Assembly (NCBI GenBank): GCA_027009605.1
Contig: JALVCY010000042.1
Coordinates: forward strand, 1 to 47,436
Length of the DNA: 47,436 nt
Origin: Saprospiraceae bacterium
Lineage (GTDB): Bacteria; Bacteroidota; Bacteroidia; Chitinophagales; Saprospiraceae
Reading direction: 5' to 3'
The position numbers and the translations under genes are program-made. The notes beneath the pieces were generated by a model. That model had not been told where the DNA came from, searched no databases, and saw only the letters and a program-made list of their open reading frames with translations. Below, piece after piece: positions 7,069 through 16,400 of the stretch (position 1 is its first letter; every line of letters starts with the position of its first letter).

Positions 7069-7536
7069 ATGAAAAAGAACATTCTTTTGCTGGTTTATGG
7101 TGTACTCAGTGGAGTATCCCTATTTGCGCAAGCGGAAGTGGACACGCTGGGAGAGAGTTGGGAGATTCCAGTAGTAGGCTTGAATAATAAGAATGAATAT
7201 GTTGATTCTATTGTGCGGATTCATGACTCCCCCGTTTTAAGTAAAAATGATTTCTATGCCCGCGATGTCTCTCCTTTTGATGCGGATTATACGGGATATG
7301 CCATTGAGTTGATAGAGTCAGATTATTTGCTCAAGCAACAGAATCCGGCCTTCTCTGCTATTGGAAAGGTGTATTATGTTCGCATTGGTGAAAAATATTC
7401 CTACCTTTTTCCGGTTAACTTTTATAGGCGAAAATCCATAAAAAAATATTTCTTCTCTCGTATCCGGCCAATGCAACCCAACGCAAAAGTAGTCAGATAC
7501 CTGCATGGAACAAGAACGACTACACTTAATTGGTGA
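7069..7536 (+). CDS. Hypothetical secreted protein (weak SPOR-like resemblance in the C-terminal half)
   Basis: The signal peptide is MKKNILLLVYGVLSGVSLFAQA. The segment GYAIELIESDYLLKQQNPAFSAIGKVYYVRIGEKYSYLF loosely resembles a SPOR beta-alpha-beta-beta pattern, at low certainty. Confidence 0.5.
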   Translation: MKKNILLLVYGVLSGVSLFAQAEVDTLGESWEIPVVGLNNKNEYVDSIVRIHDSPVLSKNDFYARDVSPFDADYTGYAIELIESDYLLKQQNPAFSAIGKVYYVRIGEKYSYLFPVNFYRRKSIKKYFFSRIRPMQPNAKVVRYLHGTRTTTLNW

Positions 7537-7552
7537 GTCCAAAAGCCATCGC

Positions 7553-10222
7553 CTAAAGTTCTTCTTCAAACTCCATATATTCAGTTTCTCCGGTTGATTT
7601 TTCCGGTTTCGATGTCGTATGCGTCTTCTTTTTTAGAGGCTTCTGTGTTTTTACGGGGGCGTCTGTGGAGACTGTAGGCGTGATTTCCGGAAGAAAATCT
7701 TCACTGGACTCCAAGTCAACGGGGTGGATGTCTGCTTTTCGATGACTAACGATGGTTTTAGAACTGGCCCCACCAAATTCTTTGTTCAAGACTCTCCGAA
7801 TCCGGCGTTTACGGTTTTCTTCCCTAGCAAAGGATTTTTTCACCGTACGTTTATCTGTTTTATATTCAAATTGATCAACGGTGCCTTTGATGGTATAGTA
7901 AAGATTCAGCCAGCCCTTGCGCTTGGCTTGTTGTGGAGAAAGACCGGAATGATGTTTTTTGAATTTGGCAGCGATGATTTGTCCGGCATTTACTTTGATA
8001 TTGTAGCTTATTTTTTGGTCAAAGCTGTGTTGGCCTGAAACCAATAAGTTTGCAGCATTGGATTGGATAAACATGGTGGGGATATAGACTTTTCCTTTTT
8101 TGATTTCCATCCAATTCTCTAACTGAGAAAATTTAATGTGCCGAAGATCCTGGACTTTGATAAAAGATGCAAAATTCTCCATCATCTTAAAGTTGACCAA
8201 TTCCCCGTTCGCAATCCGCATTTCCGCAAGGACGGTCAATTTCTTTTGGTCAAAAATACCTTTTTGGTTCCAATAAGAATCAATAATCATTCTGGAATCC
8301 AATCTCCCTTTTAGGCTTTTATAGGTCAAAAAATCTTGTCCAAAATTATTGGTTTGTTTAAAAAATTGTTTGACATCAATATTTTCCAAAACCAAGAAGG
8401 TCTTTAATTTGGGCTTATCCAGCAGATAGCCTTCGCCTTCAATACCAAAGCTTCCACCCATGGCTTCGGCGTCTCCTGTAATCCCGACTTCAACGCCCCT
8501 AAAAGATATTTTGCCTTCAAAGTCTTTGCCGTGTATGTCCCCATACGAGAAGGCGTCAATATCTGCCTTGAAATCTCCATGCAAGAAACTTGCAAAAGAC
8601 AAATCAATATCTTCCTGTGCTGCCTTTGATTCTTTCTTTTTGTTTTCTTCACTCTCGGGAACAAGAACCGCCATGATGGCCTGTAAGTCTAGTTCCTTTG
8701 CAGAAATATTGAGCAAAAAATCTAATTGAGCCTTTTGAGAGTTGATGGAATCCGCAAAGATGACCGGTAAGAAATTTTTAACATAACCGGTTAATAGCAC
8801 TTCATGCCCTATCCCATCTACCTTTATGTCTTTCAGTTCCAGTTTGTTTTGGTCAAACACAAAACGCCCTCGATCCATTACGACTTCTTGGTCTTTGACT
8901 AAAAAGCCGGCGTCGTCCACGATGATTTCTCCATTGGCTTTGATTTGGTGGACTTTTCTTGGATTAATCATCTGCTCATAATATCCTTTCAAGCTAAAAT
9001 CTTTGACTTTCAATTCCCCTTTTCCGGTAATGGCATTATTGTCATCTCCCAAAAACCCATAAATCAAAGAAATGGGTATCGCTCCCCGAAAACCGGCATC
9101 AATGTATGGTTTTTCTAAATCCTTGATGGTAAGGTCTCCACTAAAGCTATTGTTATCGACATAGCCTTTGATGTCTTCGATGGTTAAACGGGATTTGCCT
9201 TTCACCGCTACAAAATGCCCCTTAAATGAACAGTCCTTTATGGGGTCTTTAATCCGGCCACCATAGATTTTTCCATTCCGTAAGCCAAATTTTATTTTGA
9301 TATCCGGAATTTTTTTCGCACTCAGTAGGCCGTTAAGACTTCCGTCAAAAGAGAATTTTCCGGTGGTCTTTACTCCTTTTAATTTAGCTTGTTGTTCTTC
9401 CGATAAAAGCTCAAATATGGAAGATAAGGAAGCATCCCGTCCTTTGAAGGATAAGTCAAAGTCTGTCCCTTTCTTCTTGGTTTGGATGTCTCCATCTACA
9501 TCAAACTCACTATTGGCTAAAAACAAATCGCACTTTTTAAAGGTGTATTTACCCTTATCCAAATCAACTCCTATTTGGGCATCATAGGAAATGTCTGTTC
9601 CGGCCATATAGCGCTCCCCGTTTATTTCAACAAAGGCCACTTGAATATCGGCAGTACTTATCATCTTAAATCTGGAAGAAGAAACTAAGCCGGAGAAAGT
9701 GGCATTGTCGATAGATGCCCGACTTTCTTGTTTGCTTTGTTCATTTTCATAAATCACTTCAATGCCTGACAACTCGGCCTTTTTGATAGATAGACCTTTT
9801 GTCGAATTGTTGGATTGTTTTTTAGACTCTTTGAAAATATTATAATTGGGACGCCCTCGACGATCGTAGTGTATGAGTAAAGCACCATCATCAATTAGGA
9901 TAGATTTGACGTCAATATTTTCATCAAAAATACTGAATAGGCCAAAACGAAAAGCGATTTTCTCAGTCTCCAATAAGTTTTCACCATTGGTATCTTTGAT
10001 GGTTACTCCCTTAAAATTTAAGGATGCATTAGGGAAACCACTAAACAATTCAATGCCAAAGTGCTTGACATCCATTTCTGTTTTGAGCTCCTTCTTGACT
10101 TCTGCCAAAACACGTCGGCCAATCTGATTGCTAAAAAATAGTCCAACCAAAACAGAGGCCACCAATAGAGCACCAAGTGCTATCGCAAATATTTTGAAGA
10201 TTTTTTTGACTGTTTTAAACAC
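7553..10222 (-). CDS. AsmA-family protein (N-terminally anchored, long beta-rich periplasmic protein)
   Basis: 889 aa with a GTG start. The N-terminal anchor plus KKELKTEMDVKHFGIELFSGFPNASLNFKGVTIKD fits the AsmA N-terminal pattern. LLVSGQHSFDQKISYNIKV near the C-terminus fits the AsmA_2 pattern. A Lys/Arg/Glu-rich disordered tail follows. Confidence 0.6.
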   Translation of the reverse strand: MFKTVKKIFKIFAIALGALLVASVLVGLFFSNQIGRRVLAEVKKELKTEMDVKHFGIELFSGFPNASLNFKGVTIKDTNGENLLETEKIAFRFGLFSIFDENIDVKSILIDDGALLIHYDRRGRPNYNIFKESKKQSNNSTKGLSIKKAELSGIEVIYENEQSKQESRASIDNATFSGLVSSSRFKMISTADIQVAFVEINGERYMAGTDISYDAQIGVDLDKGKYTFKKCDLFLANSEFDVDGDIQTKKKGTDFDLSFKGRDASLSSIFELLSEEQQAKLKGVKTTGKFSFDGSLNGLLSAKKIPDIKIKFGLRNGKIYGGRIKDPIKDCSFKGHFVAVKGKSRLTIEDIKGYVDNNSFSGDLTIKDLEKPYIDAGFRGAIPISLIYGFLGDDNNAITGKGELKVKDFSLKGYYEQMINPRKVHQIKANGEIIVDDAGFLVKDQEVVMDRGRFVFDQNKLELKDIKVDGIGHEVLLTGYVKNFLPVIFADSINSQKAQLDFLLNISAKELDLQAIMAVLVPESEENKKKESKAAQEDIDLSFASFLHGDFKADIDAFSYGDIHGKDFEGKISFRGVEVGITGDAEAMGGSFGIEGEGYLLDKPKLKTFLVLENIDVKQFFKQTNNFGQDFLTYKSLKGRLDSRMIIDSYWNQKGIFDQKKLTVLAEMRIANGELVNFKMMENFASFIKVQDLRHIKFSQLENWMEIKKGKVYIPTMFIQSNAANLLVSGQHSFDQKISYNIKVNAGQIIAAKFKKHHSGLSPQQAKRKGWLNLYYTIKGTVDQFEYKTDKRTVKKSFAREENRKRRIRRVLNKEFGGASSKTIVSHRKADIHPVDLESSEDFLPEITPTVSTDAPVKTQKPLKKKTHTTSKPEKSTGETEYMEFEEEL

Positions 10223-10414
10223 GGCGAAGGTCTTTTTCCTAAAACTAGATACAACGTAAACTCATTTCATGTTTCGTTTTGTATAAAAAAGTCTCCTTTT
10301 TGCACAAAACATACGGAGTACTACGCTACCAATTCAACGCCCAAGATATTATATTTGTACATAATATGCTATTTTTATCGCAAGAGTTTTATCTACACCC
10401 CCGCAATACCCCCC

Positions 10415-10455
10415 AAAAATAACAATCCCATGGAGTCAATGACTCCATGGGATTG
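10415..10455 (-). terminator. Intrinsic terminator of the 2885-aa adhesin gene
   Basis: A perfect 15-bp stem caatcccatggagtc/gactccatgggattg (10423-10437 / 10441-10455) with a 3-nt loop. On the minus strand it is followed by ttattttt, and it lies 22 nt after the stop at 10477. Confidence 0.75.
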
Positions 10456-10476
10456 CAAAAGAGAAATAATCCGGAT

Positions 10477-13400
10477 TTAGTTGGTCACATTGATATCCCC
10501 CATATAATCTACGACATGTCCATCGATAAATCGGACTTTGATTTTGTAGATATAGACGCCTTCTTGCACTCTTTTCCCGCGCCAAGTGCCATCCCATCCT
10601 GATGAGTAATCATTAATAGGAAGATGCTTTCTTGAGAATACAAATCCACCCCACCGATCAAAGATTTCCATAGATTCAATTTCTTCTACCCGTTCCGTGT
10701 TTCCTAGAACAGTAAAGTAATCATTCTGACCGTTTCCATCATTGGGGGTAAAAATATTAGGGATATAAATATCCGGGTCTGAGACATGGACTGTCGTCTG
10801 TGTTTTTGAGATACAGCCCAAGGTATCTATAACTACGATGTTATAAATTGTGGTAATCATCGGTTTTACTGTCTGCTTAAAGCAATTGCCCGTACAGCTT
10901 AAATCTTTTTCCGGTGTCCAAATGATGGTATCAATCGCTTCAGGTGATGTACTGGTGAATATTTCCAAGTGGATACTATCTCCCATCTCCATTTCGACAT
11001 CTGCTTCTGTCACAATATCCCCTTCTTTAGGCACAGGAAGATGTACGGTCTCGCGGTATTCACACCCAACTTCATCCTGAATCACTACCTCATAGTCTCC
11101 CGGATACAAACCGGCTGCAATCGGTACCACCCCAAAGTGATCCCCACCGTCAAACGAATATGTAAATGGTGCTTTTGAACCCTCTACATCATTGATGATA
11201 ATGGCTCCGGTGCGCCCGTCACAACCAGGTAAGGAAAGTGTCATATCGGCTCCGGTCAAAGGTGCCACTTCGGAGACGACTACTTCGTCTTCACTCGAAC
11301 ATCCGTTGTGCAAATCAGTAACGCGCAGCCGATAAGTACCGATTTTGTCCACAATCGGATTAGGCAGATCATTGGATGATACAAAATGCCCGTCCACAGT
11401 TGTCCATTCAAAACGGACATTTGTCATAGACGCATTATCCATACTCCCTAATTGAACGGCGGTCGTGGTACAATCGTTCTTTTGGACATCATCGGCTTCC
11501 GCCAAAGGACTTTCGGTATCTGAATGGATGGTTATTGTTTTGGATGACGTACAACCGGTGGCCGAATTGGTCACCACAGCGGTATATTCTCCGGGCTGAT
11601 TAACCCATACTTTGGGCTCTGTCACCAATGTAGTAATCGAACCATCTACCGTACTCCAATTGACATCAAAATTACTGTTGAAGTAGGCCGTAATGGGAAC
11701 CAATGTATCCAAGCAGGTCAAAGTGTCATTGCCGACCAAAGAAAGCTGCGGCACGTCAATCGTGGCCTCCACCATAGCAGAAGCGGTTGCTGTACATCCC
11801 GAGTTGTTATCTGTTACGGTAACAGTATAATTGCCGGCTTGATTGACTAGCGGATTGGAGGTTGTGTCTCCACTTTCAATAGCGGATGCAGGACTCCAAA
11901 CATAAGCATAATCTCCACTACCACCGGAAACATTGACATCCACATAAACTTGTGGAATATCACAAGTAATTTTCTGATTAGCCGTAGTGGTTAACGTTGG
12001 TGGTGTAGTATTTTCTGAAACGTGAATCGTTTGAGTTGCGGTACATCCGTTGGCTATGCTTGTGACTTTGAATTCATAATCTCCGCTTGCGCAAACCGTA
12101 GCCTGCAAGGTGGTATTGGTTCCCTGAATGCTACCATTAGAACTTGTCCAGATATAATTATAATCTCCGGTACTGGAGCCGGTCGCATCCAAAGTAATAC
12201 AAGAAGTACTACAATTAATCTCCTCGGTTGGCGTAAGAATCATGGCTACCGGAGACACCGTATCGTATTTCACTTCCGTAGAAATAGTTGATATACAGCC
12301 ATTTATAGTGTTTCGCACTTCAAGTTGATAGCTACCAATATGACCCACTTCCGGAATCAAAGTATTGGCTCCATTCAAAATATTGCCGTCTGTGGTTGTC
12401 CACTGATAAGTATAATTAGGTCCTACATCCGAGCCGTTTCCACTCAAAAATACAGAAGAGCTGCTACAAGTGATGTCACCATGGGGCTCTACAATAACAG
12501 CCGTTGGTGCTAGCGTATCCAACACCACAACTGTCGAAGATGATGTCGTTATATTTGACACAGTATCCAATAGGGTCAAAGTATATTCTCCAGGCATATC
12601 GACAGTGGCAGTATGAGTGTTTGCGCCACTCACAATATGCCCCGTAGCCGTCGTCCAAGTATAAGTGAAGCTGACCCCTTGACTAGAGCCGGAACCATCT
12701 AACGTAACCACCGGAGTCGCACAATCCAAAGTATCCGGGTTAGAAATAACCACTTCTAAATTACCAATTTTGATAAAGACTGTCGCAGTATCACATAAAG
12801 TAGGAGTGCCTGTATCGCAAACAACATAGTCAAACTGATCGTATCCATTAAAATTGGTCGCCGGCGTATAAGTAAAGCTGCCATCAGCATTTAAGACCAA
12901 AGTTCCATAGGTTGGCCCATTCAAAGGTGTCGTATTGACTACCAAGCCATCGCCATCAATATCATTGTCATTGTCGGTTACATTTTCTGTGGTAATCGGC
13001 AAATTGGTATCCGTCGTATAGTGGTCATCAACGGCGATAGGCGGATCGTTGACCGGTGTCACCGTAATCGTTACTGTCGCCGTATCACACAAGGCGGGAG
13101 TGCCGCTATCACATATCGTATAGACAAAGCTGTCTAGGCCTACATAATTCAAATCCGGTGTATAAGTGAATGTTCCATCACTATTTAGCGTAAGCGTACC
13201 ATGAGATACATCCGTCAACGGAGTCGTACTTACAGTCACACTGCCTTCCGGATCGGAGTCGTTATCGGTTACATTGCCGGTCAATAAGGTTTCTTCCGGA
13301 GTCGTATAATTATCGTCTTGCGCTACGGGCTTGTCATTGATTGGCGTAACCGTAATGAGCACCAAAGCCGTATCACACATTACCGGCATTCCGGTATCAC

Positions 13401-16400
13401 AAACTTGATAATAGAAACTATCCAGTCCGTTATAATTTAGATTTGGAGTATAGGTAAATGTACCGTCACTATTTAGCGTAAGCGTACCATTGGACACATC
13501 CAATACCGGTGTCGTACTGACCGTAAGCGCACCTTCTACATCCGAATCATTGGTAGTTACCGTTGCAGATAATGGTGTATCTTCCGGCGTGGTAAAGGCG
13601 TCATCAACGGCGATAGGCGGATCGTTGACCGGTGTCACCGTAATCGTTACTGTCGCCGTATCACACAAGGCGGGAGTGCCATTATCACAAATTTTATAGA
13701 CAAAGCTGTCCAAGCCTACATAATTCAAATCCGGTGTATAAGTGAATGTTCCATCACTATTTAGCGTAAGCGTACCATGAGATACATCCGTCAACGGAGT
13801 CGTACTTACAGTCACACTGCCTTCCGGATCGGAGTCGTTATCTGTTACATTGCCGGTCAATAAGGTTTCTTCCGGAGTCGTATAATTATCGTCTTGCGCT
13901 ACGGGCTTGTCATTGATTGGTGTAACCGTAATGAGCACTAAAGCCGTATCACACAAAGATGGCGTACCATCATTACAAATGACATAGGAGAAACTATCCA
14001 ACCCATTATAATTTAGATTGGGCGTATAAGTAAACGTACCATCGGAATTGAGCGTAAGTGCCCCATTAAATGTACCAAAAACAGGCGTTGTATTTACCGT
14101 CAAAGTACCCCCATCCGGATCACTATCGTTAGTAGAGACATCTCCTGACAACGGTGTGTCTTCCGGAGTGGTATAATTATCATCTACGGCGATTGGCGGG
14201 TCATTGACCGGTGTCACCGTAATTGTTACTGTCGCCGTATCACATTGTTGCGGATTTCCGCTGTCGCAAACTTGATAAACAAAGCTGTCTGTACCGTTGT
14301 AATTAGCATCAGGCGTATAGGTAAAGCTGCCATCGGAATTTAGCGTAAGCGTACCGTTGGTCACATCTGTAATAGGTGTAGTATTGACAGTTATACCTGT
14401 AGCCGGTGTATCGTTGTCCGTTACATTGGCGGATAAAACGACATCTTCCGGAGTAGTATAATTATCATCATTTGCATCCATGCCGGGTGTGAGTGGAATC
14501 ACTGCTGTGACGGCACTACACATACAATTGGCATTGGAAGGTAATATTTCTAAGAACAAGCCATTAGCCGGATTGCAAGCAGTACTTGCGTAAAAATAAA
14601 ATATTTGCGAAAGCGAATCACCGGACAACAAGATATCCGGAAAGTTTCCGGCATAAATCTGCGTACCTTTATTGCCGCTTCCGTCCGCACAATAAACGGT
14701 ATAATTGTAGCCGGACATTGCATCTATCCCAACGTTTTGGATATTCAGGTTTAGGCCATACTTAGTGTCGCCGGCAGAAGTCACCATGGAGGTAGCTACC
14801 GTAGAGCTCAAAATGACTAAATCCGGCTTTGCAATAGCCAACGAATCGATTTGGTGACCGGTCACAATTTTGGTGGCAGCACAAGCTGAAGTACCACAAC
14901 TTCCACCGGTCGAGTAAATATAACTTTCGATATCAAAATAGCCTTTGTCTGTGCAATAACTGTTACTTGTTTGGACATCAAATTGATATTTTATACTGTC
15001 TTTGTTGCCCACTCCTTGCGGAAAAGCAATCACAAAGTGGTCTTCACCACCGGAACTATAGGCGTACTCATAGGTCGCACAATTCGCTCCAATACAGTTG
15101 AATGAACCATTGACAAAAGTCAATCCATTCGGGATGGTTATATCTGCTGAATCTACGACGCCGGTCGTACCTGCAATAATCGTTGATTTGACATCAATAG
15201 TTTGGATTGTACCACAATTTTTTATCGTATCGGGCAAGGTAAAATCACTATAAACATAATAGGAAGTATTGGCTCCTTTCACGGCGATATCATTACAAGT
15301 CAGTGTCACGCCGCTACTGGCAGCCGGTTTTGCACAAGGGCTTTCGCCAAACCCTTGAACGGTGACCGTGGACAAATTCAAGAAACCACAACTCAAAGCC
15401 ATATACATTTTTACACTGGCTATTCTTAAAGAATCTTGACTTTCCAGATAACTTCCCAACATGCCCTTGCTGCCAATCTTTGAATGAGCAGCCAAGTCTA
15501 TTTTTAGGCTATTACCGACAATGGAAGTGGGTAGATTTTCGACATTTCCGGAGCCTTTAGGATATTCGACCGTCACACTATCCAGCATCATGTTGCTGAT
15601 ATCTGCCGGAATACTAACCAATAGGTATGGATTGAGCAAATTGGCTACTTGAGCACTATTTACTTCCAATCCTAACACAAAAGGATCGCAATAAGAGATG
15701 GAATCCGGTTGCTGAACAATAGTAACCTGAACTTGAGATTCCTGAATGGTCAAATTGATATTTATCGAGTCCTGACTACAAATAGGGTCTAAGGATTCAT
15801 AATCATCCGGATATTTCAAGCAATCCCATCCATTAGAAAGCGTTAAAGTTTGGTCGCCGCAATCCTGGATATTGCCATAGATACGGATGGTTTTACATCC
15901 ACTAGGCCCGTCCATCACTTGACCGGCTTCGACCCAAGTCATACCATTGCTTTGTGTCATATTTGCGGAAGCGATTTCATTATCGGCATCATCTAACAAA
16001 AAGGCTTTGGTCACTACAAAATTAGGATTCGCATTGACTTTTACCCAGTTGTAATCAATCGGTATTGGGCTGGTATTACAAATTTGTACATCAACATAGG
16101 TCTCATTATTGACTACGGTCACATTAGGGTGTGGGCTATGCAACTCAAACTGCGGTCTAAAATAATGGAATACAACCGAAGAAGTTTTGGATTTTGGCTC
16201 CGGCGCCACATGGGCAAACTCTTGGTAATAGACCGTATATTGATAATAAACATCCGGTGCGGCTTCACAAGTACCAATAAACTCGGGAAGTAAGCGCGGA
16301 TAATTAGTCCCTCGTTGATCCATGTCCCGATAATTGGGCCCGGGATAAACGGTCAACGTGTCCCCGTTCATTTTCCAAGTGACTCCGCCATTAGATTCGC

